NCBI GenBank assembly: GCA_963664325.2
Contig: CAXXDQ010000008.1
Coordinates: 224,001 to 288,000 of the forward strand
Source: Desulfomonilia bacterium
Lineage (GTDB): Bacteria > Desulfobacterota > Desulfomonilia > UBA1062
Direction: 5' to 3'
DNA length: 64,000 nucleotides
Part shown: positions 38,001 through 48,382 of the stretch, piece by piece
Layout of the letters: each line of letters opens with the position of its first letter
How positions within the stretch are numbered: the first letter of the stretch is position 1
Program-made: the position numbers and the translations under genes
Notes under the pieces: model-generated
What the model was told of the DNA's origin: nothing
Database searches by the model: none
The model's input: only the letters and a program-made list of their open reading frames with translations

Positions 38001-41000
38001 CGATGCTTTTTATGTGCTGGATGCCCAGGGTAATATAACCTATCTCAGCCCGGTCATCGAACGGTTATCCAAATACAAGATAGCCGATCTGATAGGTAAG
38101 TCCTTTGCCACGGTGATTTATCCGGATGATCTGCCCGGCCTGGTTGAAAGTTTTCAGCGGCTGCAGGCAGGCCAGGAGGAACCGGCGGAATTCCGCATTA
38201 TGGACAAAGACGGCAGGATCATATATGTCCGCACCTCCAGCCGTCCTATATACACGGATGGCCAGATCACCGGATATACGGCAATCATGAGCGACATCAC
38301 CGAACGCAAGCGGGTTGAGGATGAACTTTTACGCTCGGAGGAAAGATACCGCAATATATTGGACAGCATGCAGGACTCGTATTTCGAGGTGGATCTTGCA
38401 GGCAATTTTGTCTTCCTCAATGAAGCCACCTGCCATAACCTGGGTTATACCAGGGATGAGTTGATCGGGCACAGCTTCCGTATTATCACAGACAGCGAAG
38501 ATGCCATAAATACCATCTTCGAGGCTTACAACAAAGTTTTCATAACAGGAGAGCCGAACAAGGGCTTTGCTTTTGAGGTCATGCTCAAGGATGGAACTAA
38601 AGCGTATACGGAGACATCGATCTCCCTGTTGAAGGATAAGAACGGCAATCCTGTCGGGTTCAGAAGCGTCGCCCGGGACGTCACGGAGAAAAAGAAGGTT
38701 GAAGATGCGCTAAGGGAGAGCGAGGAAGTATTCAGGAGGAGCATGGAATTTGCCCCGGACGGCATTTACATGAGCGACCTTGAAGGCAACTTCCTTTTTG
38801 GCAACCGCAGGTGCGAGGAGATAATAGGCAGTAAGCGTGAGGAACTGATAGGTAAAAACTTCCTTGAGCTGAATCTCCTGCCGGAAAACGAACTGGTCAA
38901 GGCCGCAGAATTGCTTCAGGCAAATATCGAGGGCAAATCCACGGGCCCGGATGAATTCAATCTGATAAGAAAGGACGGCCGCAGCATACCCGTGGAAATC
39001 AACACCAGCGTGATACAGCGCTATGGAAAAACGGTTGCGCTGGCCTTTGTCAGGGATATTACCGAGCGCAAGATGGCCGAAGAAGCCCTTAGATCGACTC
39101 ATGAATATCTCGGCAACCTGCTGGAGTGCGCCAATGCCCCCATCATCGTCTGGGACGCCGAATTTAAGATCACCCAGTTCAATCAGGCTTTTGAGCGGCT
39201 TACAGGACGGAAGTCTGCGGATATTATGGGGCATGGGCTTGACTGGCTCTTTCCTGAAAACAAAAGACAGGAATTACTTGATTATATTTACTCCACAAGT
39301 GACGTGGCATGGGAGGCGGTGGAGATACCTATTCAGGCTGCTGACGGATCGGCCCACACCCTGCTGTGGAACTCGGCCATGCTGTATGCGGCCGACGAAA
39401 AAACTATTGTGGCAACTATTGCCCAGGGTCAGGACATAACGGACCGCAAGAGGGCTGAGGCAAAATTGCAGGAAACCAACCGCCACCTCGAAGAGGCCAA
39501 AGCGCAGGCGGAAATGGCCAATACGGCCAAGAGCGAGTTCCTTTCAAACATGAGCCACGAAATCAGAACCCCGATGAACGCAATAATCGGCTTAACATAC
39601 CTGGCGCTTCAGACAGGGCTTACATTAAAGCAGCGCGATTATCTGACAAAAATCCATGATTCCGCAGGCAACCTGCTCAGGATCATCAACGATATACTTG
39701 ATTTCTCCAAGATTGAGGCCGGACGGATTGAGCTCGAAAATATTGAATTTTCTTTTGATTCCATGCTCGCGGAAATTTCAAATATAGTAAGCAAGCCGGC
39801 AGACGACAAAGGAATTGAATTTATATTTGACATAGACTCCCATGTCCCGACCATGCTTTTTGGAGATTCATTGAGGCTCAAACAGGTACTAATAAATCTG
39901 ACAAACAATGCAATAAAATTCACACAAAAGGGACAGGTCGTCCTGAGAACAGAGCTCTTGAAAAGGACGAGTGTCGATGGAAATGAGCTTGCCAGAATAA
40001 AATTCTCGGTCAGCGATACGGGCATAGGACTGAAGCCCGAACAGATAGAAAAGCTCTTTGAGTCGTTCTCGCAGGCAGACAGCACCATAACACGAAGGTA
40101 TGGCGGGACAGGGCTCGGCCTCTCCATAAGCAGGCGTCTTGTCAACCTCATGGGCGGAGATATAGAGGTTGAAAGCACATTCGGCAAGGGCAGCACCTTC
40201 TCATTTTCCGCTGATTTCAAGGTCACGAAGGGCATCGGTGACGGAATGGCTTTCCCCGTCAATATCCAGGGACTCAGGGCGCTCGTTGTTGATGACCATG
40301 AAATAGTGACGGATATTATGGAAAATTATCTGACACGGTTCGGTTTCACCGTCATGACCGCATCAAGCGGGATGGAAGCTGTCGGTATACTTGAAAAAGA
40401 GACTGTCCCTTTCAGCGTTATGCTCCTTGACTGGAAGATGCCCGGGCTTGATGGTATTGAGACGTTGAAAAAAATCAAGGCGAACGGCAAAATCACTCAG
40501 ATCCCTCCTGTTATAATGGTCTCGGGATATCCGCCTGATGATGCCAAATCAATGATGGACAAACTCGGGGTCAAGGCGTTTTTAAAGAAACCCATGTCGC
40601 GCTCTGACCTGTTCGATGTGATTATGGAAGTATTAGGGAAGAAGAGTGAAAAACCGGAGAAGGCACGCAGTTCGTCAATAGAGAAAGGAGTTTTTGAAAA
40701 GCTGAAAGGTAACAGGGTGTTACTGGTAGAGGACAATCTGGTCAACCAGCAGGTGGCTTCTGAAATACTCAAGAGCGCCGGAATGCTTGTGACGGTTGCA
40801 GGCAACGGGATAAAGGCTTTAAAAGCCCTTGATGAAAGCACGTTCGATATAGTCCTGATGGATGTTCAGATGCCTGAGATGGACGGGATAGAAGCGACAC
40901 GCATAATAAGGTCAGATGAAAAATACAGCAAGCTCCCGATAATAGCGATGACTGCGCATGCAATGTCCGGTGACCGTGAGCGGTTTTTGGAAGCGGGCAT

Positions 41001-41748
41001 GAACGACCACACCCCAAAACCGATTAATCCGGATTCATTCTTTTCCACATTGTCGAAGTGGCTTGATAAAAAAAGCATGCCTGAAAATGCCATTATTGAA
41101 CCTTTCAGACCGAAAAGTATTGATGTTCTGCCAGATGAACTCAACGGGATAGATGTCAGTGATGCTCTCAGGCGTATAATGGGCAACAAGATCCTTTTGA
41201 GAAACATCATCCTTGACTTCTGTGTGGTGTTTTCAGATGCGGAAGGTAAAATAAAAACCCTGATTGAACAGGGTGATATGACAGGCGCCGAAACACTCGT
41301 GCACAGCATAAAGGGAGCTGCAGGAAACATTGGTGCATTGAAACTGCATCAAGTGGCGTCTGAGTATGATGATAAGTTAAGAAAGAAACAAACAGGCGCA
41401 TTAGCCAAGCTGCATACAAAATTTGCACTGGAATTTGAAAAGGTGCTTTCAAACCAAACACTGCTTGCCAGACTGCCGGTTGTAAGCGGTGATACCCCTG
41501 TTTACGTGAGCGAAAAAGAAAGCATGGAGCTTGCAATGCTCATAGAAAACCTTGACAAGCAACTTGTAGACAACAGTTTTGACAGCGCAGATACGTTTGA
41601 AAAGATATTGAATATAGGGTGCGGGCCGCTGGAGAACGAACTGAAAAAGCTGGGTAATGCAATCAACAGGTTTGATTTTGAAGAGGCGATTACGCTGCTT
41701 GCGGAGATCAGAAAAAAAATCGGCATCTGTGCAGAGGGGGAAAAATAA
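35029..41748 (+). CDS. hybrid sensor histidine kinase: 2 TM + periplasmic Cache-like domain, 10 PAS, HisKA, HATPase, 2 REC, HPt
   Basis: Ten PAS units, each ending in a DIT/DVT/DIS-E/D/K-type linker; [58 protein letters not shown]. Confidence 0.95.
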   Translation: MMNDKQTKGRSRKSGLSITDMIVMVLIVGILLSWWTFQRTDREMRHELLLQARLVAKSLDLKQIMALSGTRADLGLPEYQQLKQQFISISKANPKCKWFYLLSRKPDGTIFFYLDSEPLDIQDPTLPGDVYDEAPDGYHTVMTVKETVIGPLTDRWGTWVTTLIPLTNPKTGAVFAVLGMDIDASNWTRDVIINAALPVSLMIGLLIMIVLGVILARSRAQLHKSESVQRLLLENIDAGIVIIDVGTHIIEQVNKKGLELFAGTEDQLVGKVCHCFLCTAEKGNCPVTDLGQNIDNSDRILLRADGSHLPIIKSVRHIRIYGKEKLIETFTDITDRKRAEDALQKSEQRYRLLVENANESILVIQDGKAQFVNKRAVESLGYSEQEFMSASIFELIHPDDREEVVNGYLEKIGGDTTTTRKIYRVLRKNGQVRWVEISSLLIDWEGQPATLNFIKDITERKLAEEELVRSEEKYRNILDSMQDAYFEMDLAGNFTFFNEATCLSLGYTREELLGHNFRMIAASEDEIKAVYATYKKVFETGQPNKGFTFKVMRKDGSEGYTEASVSLLLNEHGKPIGFRSLARDITENKLAEERLARSEERYRGILDSMQDSYFEVDLTGRYTFLNESTCRNLGYTAEELIGQDMRIVIATEEEKKAGFEVYKNVFETGEPNKGYAFRVFSKDGRSGYAETSISLLKDEHGNPIGFRNVARDVTEKKKAEEELTKLAAIVRYSSELINLATLDGRMIFLNLAGAEILGIDQENLEQTNIMQVIPDKFKEKVQTEIIPALLKGDTWEGNLQYLNIKTGHLTDVHTSAFAIKDQTTGKPLYLANVSLDITERKQAEDKLKDSEERFRIISNSALDSIIMMDSSGNATFFNPSAEKMFGYSADEIIGKPLHDFIAPERFRKVFEEKFPEFLRTGHGDVIGKVVELTGLKKDGTEFPIEISLTGFKKDDQWVAVATLRDISKRKKAEEALKKSEESYRTLIENINDAFYVLDAQGNITYLSPVIERLSKYKIADLIGKSFATVIYPDDLPGLVESFQRLQAGQEEPAEFRIMDKDGRIIYVRTSSRPIYTDGQITGYTAIMSDITERKRVEDELLRSEERYRNILDSMQDSYFEVDLAGNFVFLNEATCHNLGYTRDELIGHSFRIITDSEDAINTIFEAYNKVFITGEPNKGFAFEVMLKDGTKAYTETSISLLKDKNGNPVGFRSVARDVTEKKKVEDALRESEEVFRRSMEFAPDGIYMSDLEGNFLFGNRRCEEIIGSKREELIGKNFLELNLLPENELVKAAELLQANIEGKSTGPDEFNLIRKDGRSIPVEINTSVIQRYGKTVALAFVRDITERKMAEEALRSTHEYLGNLLECANAPIIVWDAEFKITQFNQAFERLTGRKSADIMGHGLDWLFPENKRQELLDYIYSTSDVAWEAVEIPIQAADGSAHTLLWNSAMLYAADEKTIVATIAQGQDITDRKRAEAKLQETNRHLEEAKAQAEMANTAKSEFLSNMSHEIRTPMNAIIGLTYLALQTGLTLKQRDYLTKIHDSAGNLLRIINDILDFSKIEAGRIELENIEFSFDSMLAEISNIVSKPADDKGIEFIFDIDSHVPTMLFGDSLRLKQVLINLTNNAIKFTQKGQVVLRTELLKRTSVDGNELARIKFSVSDTGIGLKPEQIEKLFESFSQADSTITRRYGGTGLGLSISRRLVNLMGGDIEVESTFGKGSTFSFSADFKVTKGIGDGMAFPVNIQGLRALVVDDHEIVTDIMENYLTRFGFTVMTASSGMEAVGILEKETVPFSVMLLDWKMPGLDGIETLKKIKANGKITQIPPVIMVSGYPPDDAKSMMDKLGVKAFLKKPMSRSDLFDVIMEVLGKKSEKPEKARSSSIEKGVFEKLKGNRVLLVEDNLVNQQVASEILKSAGMLVTVAGNGIKALKALDESTFDIVLMDVQMPEMDGIEATRIIRSDEKYSKLPIIAMTAHAMSGDRERFLEAGMNDHTPKPINPDSFFSTLSKWLDKKSMPENAIIEPFRPKSIDVLPDELNGIDVSDALRRIMGNKILLRNIILDFCVVFSDAEGKIKTLIEQGDMTGAETLVHSIKGAAGNIGALKLHQVASEYDDKLRKKQTGALAKLHTKFALEFEKVLSNQTLLARLPVVSGDTPVYVSEKESMELAMLIENLDKQLVDNSFDSADTFEKILNIGCGPLENELKKLGNAINRFDFEEAITLLAEIRKKIGICAEGEK
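36436..37203 (+). repeat. tandem duplicated 384-bp PAS modules (36436-36819, 36820-37203)
   Basis: Both begin SEE(K/R)YR(N/G)ILDSMQD(A/S)YFE and share NE.TC..LGYT.EEL.G, F.TG.PNKG and PIGFR..ARD.TE. Confidence 0.85.
38335..38718 (+). repeat. third copy of the same PAS module
   Basis: [25 protein letters not shown]...; shared DNA runs such as aatgaagccacctgcc, ggttataccaggga and gccgaacaaggg. Confidence 0.85.
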
Positions 41749-42683
41749 TGAAAAAAATACTTATCGTTGACGATCTCCCGACCAATATAAAGGTTCTCGG
41801 AGAACTTCTGCGAGGGCAATACGAACTGCTTGTGGCTACAAACGGTTTGAAGGCTGTTTCAATTGCTAAAGAAATGATGCCCGACCTGATACTTATGGAT
41901 GTGATGATGCCAGAAATGGATGGTTTCAGTGCCGCAGAAATAATTAAAAAAGATGAGATCACCTCTGATATCCCCATAATATTCATTACAGCCAAGGGAG
42001 AGACCAGCGATATCGTAAAAGGCTTTGAAGCCGGGGGCCAGGATTACATAACAAAGCCGCCCAATCCCGAGGAGCTTTTCGCCAGGGTTAATACACACAT
42101 TGAGCTGAAACAATCCAAACAGGCAATAAAAGATTATGCGGCCGAACTAAAGAAGGCGAACAGTGATCTCCAGGAGTTAAACGCAAAGCTGGAATTCATG
42201 GCCTGGCATGACCAGCTGACCGGACTTCCAAACAGGCGCCACATGAGGAACAGAATAAAGGATGAACAAGCAAGGTCGGTCCGCAACAATAAACCGTTCG
42301 CCCTTGTTATGGGCGATATCGACAATTTCAAGCACGTTAACGATACCCACGGGCATGAAGCCGGCGACGAAATTCTCAAGCATATTTCACAGATCATCAT
42401 GTCATCATTGAGGAATCAGGACTCGATGAGCCGGTGGGGCGGAGAAGAATTTCTGATCCTGCTTCCCGAAACCGATATAAAAGGGGCCGTGACCGCCTCG
42501 GAAAAAATACGGTTAAGAATAGAGTCGGAGCCTCTTGATTATAACGGTGAAAACATTCATGTTACTATTACTTTCGGCGTAGCCGTATACGATGAAACAA
42601 GAGGGATTGAAGGTACAATAAAGCTCGCCGATGAGGCTCTTTACAGGGGAAAGAAAGGCACAAAGAACTGTGTAGTGGAGTAA
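41748..42683 (+). CDS. response regulator diguanylate cyclase (REC-GGDEF, WspR/PleD-like)
   Basis: IVDD, LMDVMMP, D.LTGLPNRR, DIDNFK.VND..GH, RNQD I-site, GGEEF; TAATG coupling to the kinase. Confidence 0.95.
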   Translation: MKKILIVDDLPTNIKVLGELLRGQYELLVATNGLKAVSIAKEMMPDLILMDVMMPEMDGFSAAEIIKKDEITSDIPIIFITAKGETSDIVKGFEAGGQDYITKPPNPEELFARVNTHIELKQSKQAIKDYAAELKKANSDLQELNAKLEFMAWHDQLTGLPNRRHMRNRIKDEQARSVRNNKPFALVMGDIDNFKHVNDTHGHEAGDEILKHISQIIMSSLRNQDSMSRWGGEEFLILLPETDIKGAVTASEKIRLRIESEPLDYNGENIHVTITFGVAVYDETRGIEGTIKLADEALYRGKKGTKNCVVE

Positions 42684-42871
42684 GCTCCGGTAAAGGCATA
42701 TACAAAACACGCCCTGTAAAAAAGGCTGGGACCGAATATTCTGCGGTCATATTTGAGTCAAGGAAGCGTCTATTCTTTCCAACCTATTAATAAAAAGCAA
42801 AACGATAATACAGTATGGTGTAATAATTATTATTAGTGTATCTCAAAAAAACCAAATAGCAGGAGGCAGGT

Positions 42872-43450
42872 CTGGAAGCTTTATTGTTTTCAACAGCGAT
42901 TGTGGCATTGGCGGAAATGGGAGACAAGACACAGCTTCTGGCCTTTGTGCTGGCTGCAAAATTCAAACACAGGATCCCGATCATTTTGGGCATTTTCTGT
43001 GCTACGCTAGCCAACCATTTTCTGGCCGGATCTGTCGGGACGTTGCTGGCGAAGATGATATCTCCTGAAGCATTAAAATGGATTGTTGCCGTATCATTTT
43101 TTATTTTCGGACTCTGGACGCTTAAATCTGATGACCTTGACAAAGATAAAAAGCTGATGGGATCGAGTATCTTTGTAACAACCCTGATCGCCTTTTTCGT
43201 TCTTGAGATGGGCGATAAAACGCAGCTGGCGACCATCGCCCTGGCTGCGCGCTTTGATTCGCTTGTATATGTCGTGATGGGGACCACCCTGGGCATGATG
43301 ATTGCGGATGTTCCTGCAGTCTGGCTTGGAGAAACGCTGGCTCACCGCATAAACATGAAGGCGATGCGTGTGATAGCAGCGCTCTTGTTTGTCCTCCTCG
43401 GCATACTCACCTTATTCGGAGACAGGCTGAAAGCTTGCATTGCATTATAG
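42872..43450 (+). CDS. TMEM165/GDT1 (UPF0016) family Mn2+/Ca2+ exporter, probable CTG start
   Basis: Two EMGDKTQL motifs; AGGAGG at 42861-42866 lies 5 nt before an in-frame CTG giving (M)EALLFSTAIVALAE. Confidence 0.9.
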   Translation: MEALLFSTAIVALAEMGDKTQLLAFVLAAKFKHRIPIILGIFCATLANHFLAGSVGTLLAKMISPEALKWIVAVSFFIFGLWTLKSDDLDKDKKLMGSSIFVTTLIAFFVLEMGDKTQLATIALAARFDSLVYVVMGTTLGMMIADVPAVWLGETLAHRINMKAMRVIAALLFVLLGILTLFGDRLKACIAL

Positions 43451-43815
43451 TTATATCGACAGAGGCGTCTTTGATGGCAGTAAGCCGTGCAAAGTCAATG
43501 TCAATGCAGCGATACGCTTTATCAGTTACTTCGGGAACCTGGACACCTTTCAAACGGCTTCAGCACGGACCGGCATGCAGAGCTTCTGAACAGGAACGTA
43601 AACAATATGTCGGAGATGTTCTTGAACGGGTAATATATCAAGGGGACAATTAAAGGAGGTGAAATCAGAAAACACTAAAATATATAATGAAACTTAAACG
43701 GAATTTAATCTTTTACCATGCAACATTTTCATATTTGGAATTGATTTTTTATAAAATAATATTATAATATATATACATATTTATAAACTGTTTATTACTA
43801 ATTCTGGAGGTGCAT

Positions 43816-45633
43816 ATGAGGAGATATTCAGGCCTGGTATTATTTGTTGTTTTGGTTTCCATAGTCCTTACCGGATGTCCCAAGCTGGGTTATATCCCTT
43901 GTTCAATTCAGATTATAAGTCCTGTCAGGGGAAGCGTACTGTCCCCAGATGCGGGACCTGTAACCATAACCGGCAGAGTCGTAAAAGGGGACAGCGATCC
44001 CTGGATTCTAAAGGTCAACAACAAACAGATTGTTTTCGATCAGGCTACCGGCAATTTTACCTATTCTTTCCAGCCTAATACTGCATCGATCTTCAACACC
44101 ATTGTATTTACGATCATGGACAAAAAACTGGTGTCCAACATTGAAAGGGTATCATTTCCGGTCGGTAAGTCGATGAAGGTCGGAGATCCCGGAGTGGTTA
44201 ACGATGCATTAAGAGTTCACATGGACCAGGATCTGCTTGATCTTGCAACCGCGCAAATAAGTGATGTGCTAAATTCAGTAACCAGGCCACTTGTATATGG
44301 TCCTGTTGAAGACAACGAGTTACTCGCCATGCTCGGAATAACAGAGCCTCTTCTTGTGAACCCGATATCCATTAGCTTGAATCCGTTTGGCGTTCTTAAT
44401 ATTGACAAAGATGAGCCAAATCCCAGATGGAATGGGCAAATAAATATCGGCAACATAAGTATCGTTCCAGATATCGTCGCCGGAAACAAGATAATGGCTT
44501 CGGTTATCATATCTCCAACCGAAGGAGTGGACCCGGACAGAACAGCCGCTTTGTACATCCAGGGATACCATTGGAATCTCATACAGACTAATCATTTCGC
44601 TTTAAGTATCAAGCAATTAAAGGTGGAAAATGCCGAGATATCTCTGTACATGAATGAAGACGGCACGATCGGAGCAAAGCTGGATCTGACAAAAGGCAAT
44701 ATTGTTATCGGCCTGATAACTACTGACTATGGCTATCTGGAGATGCCAAACTACCTGCTCACTGCGCTTATTAATGTCGTCATCAAACAGTATCTAATGG
44801 AAAGCCTTTCCATAAGTTTTGACCTGATGAACGTTTCCGACCTGAACCTGAACCTGCTGGACATCAACATGGGTATATGGCCCATGTATTCCAGTATCCT
44901 GACGACAACTGATGATGATTTGAATCTGGACCTCGGGATATCTGCGGTTTACGCCGGGTTAACACCTGCAGTTCCGGGCCTGGATACTTTCTATGCCACT
45001 CCGGGGGATGTCCTGCCGGCCCTTGATAAAGTCGAGGATGAAAACATAATGATTGCAGTCAGCGATGACATGATGAATCAGACTATGGTTGCGTTGATAC
45101 AGACAGGCATGTTGAACAATCTCAATTTGGATGATCTTATCTCTTCTCTGACTTCAGAGCCGGCACAGATGACTGTATCGTTGCTGACTCCTCCTGTCAT
45201 GGATTTATCAGGCAAAAAGCCTGCGATATTTACCGACAAAATAACCAGTCTGGGCTGTGTCCTGGTAAGAGACCTGCTCGTCGAGGTGAGGTTGAAGGCC
45301 GGAATTATGCCTCTTGTACTCAGGCTTAATATCGATGCTGACGCATATCTTATGCTCAAAATCAAGGAAACAGGAAACATAGGCGTCACCATCGATCCTT
45401 TGAGAACAAACTTTAACATTAAAATCCTTTATCTTAACGGCTTGAACACTTCTTTGGTGCCTGGATTCGGAAGGCTTATTTTCAACGCTGTCCTTCCGCC
45501 ACTGCTTGATTCCATGCTTGACATAGCTCCGCCGGCGATTGATCTTATCGGAAAGAACATCAGCATTCAGGTTGTCGGCACTGAAGCGAAAGACAACTTC
45601 CTGGTTGGAAGGGCAAAGATTGTAGTCAACTGA
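43816..45633 (+). CDS. lipoprotein with Ig-like N-terminal domain and putative BPI/LBP-like (TULIP) body
   Basis: Lipobox LTGC; ATG follows GGAGG; PGVVNDALRVHMDQDLLD, MIAVSDDMMNQ...LIQTGML, VSLLTPPVMDL. Confidence 0.6.
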   Translation: MRRYSGLVLFVVLVSIVLTGCPKLGYIPCSIQIISPVRGSVLSPDAGPVTITGRVVKGDSDPWILKVNNKQIVFDQATGNFTYSFQPNTASIFNTIVFTIMDKKLVSNIERVSFPVGKSMKVGDPGVVNDALRVHMDQDLLDLATAQISDVLNSVTRPLVYGPVEDNELLAMLGITEPLLVNPISISLNPFGVLNIDKDEPNPRWNGQINIGNISIVPDIVAGNKIMASVIISPTEGVDPDRTAALYIQGYHWNLIQTNHFALSIKQLKVENAEISLYMNEDGTIGAKLDLTKGNIVIGLITTDYGYLEMPNYLLTALINVVIKQYLMESLSISFDLMNVSDLNLNLLDINMGIWPMYSSILTTTDDDLNLDLGISAVYAGLTPAVPGLDTFYATPGDVLPALDKVEDENIMIAVSDDMMNQTMVALIQTGMLNNLNLDDLISSLTSEPAQMTVSLLTPPVMDLSGKKPAIFTDKITSLGCVLVRDLLVEVRLKAGIMPLVLRLNIDADAYLMLKIKETGNIGVTIDPLRTNFNIKILYLNGLNTSLVPGFGRLIFNAVLPPLLDSMLDIAPPAIDLIGKNISIQVVGTEAKDNFLVGRAKIVVN

Positions 45634-45664
45634 TCAAGTAGAACGTTAACTTGAGAAAAAATAG

Positions 45665-45700
45665 AAACCGCCGGTGTCTCCCGCAGACTCCGGCGGTTTT
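45665..45700 (+). terminator. rho-independent terminator
   Basis: AAACCGCCGG.GTCT-cccgc-AGAC.CCGGCGGTTTT, about 30 nt after the 45633 stop. Confidence 0.8.
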
Positions 45701-45810
45701 CTGCAAGGATTGCTTGTACGTACCGGCAGTAACGGTAATTTTTGCCGGGCAGGATTTCTGAACTAATAGAAAAATCACCAGGGGTGCAAAATCCTTATTG
45801 CTTTAAAAAA

Positions 45811-46440
45811 TTATTCGAATTGATCTTTAAATTTGTTAAAGGCGGTCTTAAGTTCTTCTAGTTCCTTTCTTAATGCTGCGATCTCCGTGGTGATTTCATC
45901 CGCAGCGAAGTGCATGTTGGATTCGGGAGGTGCCATGTCGCTAATTTGAAGTGCCGGTTCTCCACAAAGAAGATGGGTAATGCGTTGCTCTTTCTGTCCG
46001 GGTTGCCTGGGAAGTCTGGTGATCAATCCTTTCTCATAAAGGGTTTCCATGGCGGCATTCAGGTCGTCATGTGAATGGAAGGTGTGCATTTTTTCAGCAT
46101 TGACTTTCAATTCACCGGGAGTCTGAGCTCCCCTGAGCATAATCGAGCTGATCAGGGCAGCTTCAGGATATTCCAGATTCATGGATTTCAGAAAATTTTC
46201 TTCATATTTAGGTGCACGCCCGAGAGTGCTCTCCCATGCAAGCCTTCTTAATATAAGGCCTTTAATTGCCGAAAGGACATTCTCCTCGGTATATTCCGTG
46301 ACCGGATTACGGCTGGTTTTCTGGTTGCAGGCAAGTGTCAGCGAATTCAAGGTCAAAGGATAATAATTGGGCGTTGAAAGTTTTTTTTCAACAAGAGAAC
46401 CAAGGATCCGGACTTCAATGTCGGTTAGAAGGTGATTCAT
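45811..46440 (-). CDS. YceH family protein (DUF480)
   Basis: EVRILGSLVEK..TP.YYPLTLNSL..ACNQKTSRNPV, LRGAQTPGEL, HLLCG. Confidence 0.93.
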   Translation of the reverse strand: MNHLLTDIEVRILGSLVEKKLSTPNYYPLTLNSLTLACNQKTSRNPVTEYTEENVLSAIKGLILRRLAWESTLGRAPKYEENFLKSMNLEYPEAALISSIMLRGAQTPGELKVNAEKMHTFHSHDDLNAAMETLYEKGLITRLPRQPGQKEQRITHLLCGEPALQISDMAPPESNMHFAADEITTEIAALRKELEELKTAFNKFKDQFE

Positions 46441-46466
46441 TCGGGTGTCAGAATGACCTGCTCAAA

Positions 46467-46874
46467 TCAGCACGGGATATCCCTGCCCAACTGCGAAAAC
46501 CATTCTCGGGCAGCCTGCTCGGAAGTTATTGCCCGGCCTTCGTTTTTCTTTATGTCTGTCCTGTAATTTTCGATGAGACATATCTGTTCGAACATAACCC
46601 TCTTGGTATCACCAACAATATCATGAAATTTAATACCCACCTCATAAAATGAATCAGAATGATGACACCATATGACAGAGGCAAAAGTTTTAAATAACGG
46701 GCTTGTATAAGGGATATGGACGATAATGTGTGTGCCTGACTGGAAATGGTAATGTGATTTGAATGAGAGCCCGCCAAGGCTGACGTTTCTGAGCTGCCCT
46801 GTTTTATTGACAGGCATACCGTAACCGTAATACCTCAAGGGTATTTCTGTGTTGCGTCTTGCATGCTGCCTCAT
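46467..46874 (-). CDS. PilZ domain protein
   Basis: RQHAR (RxxxR), NVSLGG, YEVGIKF, MFEQIC.IE.YR, EGR..TSEQAA.EW. Confidence 0.88.
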   Translation of the reverse strand: MRQHARRNTEIPLRYYGYGMPVNKTGQLRNVSLGGLSFKSHYHFQSGTHIIVHIPYTSPLFKTFASVIWCHHSDSFYEVGIKFHDIVGDTKRVMFEQICLIENYRTDIKKNEGRAITSEQAAREWFSQLGRDIPC

Positions 46875-46909
46875 TGGTTCCTCTCCTGTAGCCTTTTTCA
46901 GTAAAAATA

Positions 46910-46936
46910 ATATCGGCTGTGCAAAAAAAATAATTA
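46910..46936 (-). promoter_or_regulatory. sigma28 (FliA)-like promoter of the PilZ gene
   Basis: TAAT-N15-GCCGATAT on the minus strand, 35 nt upstream of the ATG. Confidence 0.6.
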
Positions 46937-47244
46937 AGGCATTATATTAAGATCATATAATGATATCCATAATGCCTGGTTCAATAGGCTATTTTTAATG
47001 GAGTTTTTGTTAATAACCTTCTCCAAAATAACTGAAAGTGATTCAACCGTCTGCATTTTAAAAACGGCTGCGCCATCAATATCTCAAAGATATTCGTTCA
47101 CAGATTTTTCAACATGTACGATCACATTGCCAAGTCTGAAAATGCATGTCACACTAATGAATATTTTCAGCCATGTGCAAAATGTGTATTAATGATAATA
47201 ATAACAGAATCATCAAATGTTAACAACCCTTGGGAGGTTGAATC

Positions 47245-47664
47245 ATGGGTGTTGAAATTTCTATTGATTATCAGGGAAGTCTGCATTGCATAGCAAAACA
47301 CTCTGTTTCAGGAGAAAGCATCATAACGGATGCACCTCTTGACAACGGCGGCAAGGGGGAAGCGTTTTCCCCGACCGATCTTGTAGGAGCAGCGCTCGGG
47401 ACATGTATAATTACAGTCATGGACCTTGTTGCCCGGCGTTCAGGGATAGATCTTGCCGGTACGAAAGTACATGTAATTAAAGAGATGACGTCAATCCCGA
47501 TAAGACGCATCGGCAAACTTACGGTTACTCTCGATTTCCCAAAGGGACTAAGTCTATCTGAAGCAGACAGGAAGAAACTTGAAAAAACAGCCCATGCGTG
47601 CCCTGTAAAGCAGAGTCTTCATCAGGATGTTGAGGTTGAGATTAATTTCAGTTATCCAGGATAA
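47245..47664 (+). CDS. OsmC family protein
   Basis: TDAP.DNGG.GE.FSPTDL..AALGTC, ACPV..SL. Confidence 0.93.
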   Translation: MGVEISIDYQGSLHCIAKHSVSGESIITDAPLDNGGKGEAFSPTDLVGAALGTCIITVMDLVARRSGIDLAGTKVHVIKEMTSIPIRRIGKLTVTLDFPKGLSLSEADRKKLEKTAHACPVKQSLHQDVEVEINFSYPG

Positions 47665-47706
47665 AAACTTGACTATCGAGTTCAGTCACATAATCAAAGG
47701 GCAGTT

Positions 47707-48360
47707 ATGGATATAATCAGACTGTTTGAAAAAAGCGATCTTTTTACCGGTATGGAAGGGGAGCTTAAAAACCTTCTCAATGCCGGATCTGTAATAAACA
47801 TATCACACGGTGAGCTGCTTTTTACAGAAGGTGAACCCGGAAAACATTTTTTTCTTCTGATCAACGGGGGGATAAGGCTATTCAAAACATCTCCTGCGGG
47901 ACAGGAGGTCGATATCAGGCTGGTCAGATCAGGAGAAATATTTGCCGAGGTGATACTGTTTGAAAAAGATATGTATCCTGTCAGTGCAATGGCCGTTATG
48001 CCGAGCTCTGTTTTTGCCGTCAACAGGACTGCATTCAATGACCTGCTTACGGATGAGCCTTTCAGAAAAAAGTTTATTACCAATCTGATGCAAAAGCAGC
48101 GCTATCTTGCTGAGCGAATCGTATACCTGACATCATATGACGTTGAAGAAAGGTTCTTCCGTTTTCTCCTTGATCATTACGGTCGTTTTGAGGAAATCCG
48201 GATCGACATGTCCAAGAAGGACATTGCATCTGCAATCGGGACAATTCCCGAAACGTTTTCAAGGTTGATTGCGAGACTTAAAAATCACGGTGCAGTGGAA
48301 TGGGAAGGAAACCGTCTGAAGGTAAGTCCGGAATGGTGGAAAATGTATGAAGGCGAATAA
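47707..48360 (+). CDS. Crp/Fnr family transcriptional regulator
   Basis: LFTEGE, GEIFAE, YPVSA, C-terminal HTH IAS.IGTIPETFSR. Confidence 0.92.
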   Translation: MDIIRLFEKSDLFTGMEGELKNLLNAGSVINISHGELLFTEGEPGKHFFLLINGGIRLFKTSPAGQEVDIRLVRSGEIFAEVILFEKDMYPVSAMAVMPSSVFAVNRTAFNDLLTDEPFRKKFITNLMQKQRYLAERIVYLTSYDVEERFFRFLLDHYGRFEEIRIDMSKKDIASAIGTIPETFSRLIARLKNHGAVEWEGNRLKVSPEWWKMYEGE

Positions 48361-48382
48361 TAATAAATTTTCCGCTTTATAA

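Noticed and set aside
42684-42871. yybP-ykoY manganese riboswitch
   Set aside because: The characteristic GGGGAGUA and downstream conserved loop motifs are not visible.
43435-43663. 72-aa ORF followed by a perfect AAGGAGGTGA Shine-Dalgarno
   Set aside because: No recognisable homology and no properly spaced start codon after the SD; possibly gene debris.
46935-47188. Minus-strand open frame with a single in-frame TGA (47084-47086) as a selenoprotein or read-through gene
   Set aside because: No convincing start codon or RBS, no Cys/Sec redox motif and no evident SECIS hairpin; at most a gene remnant.
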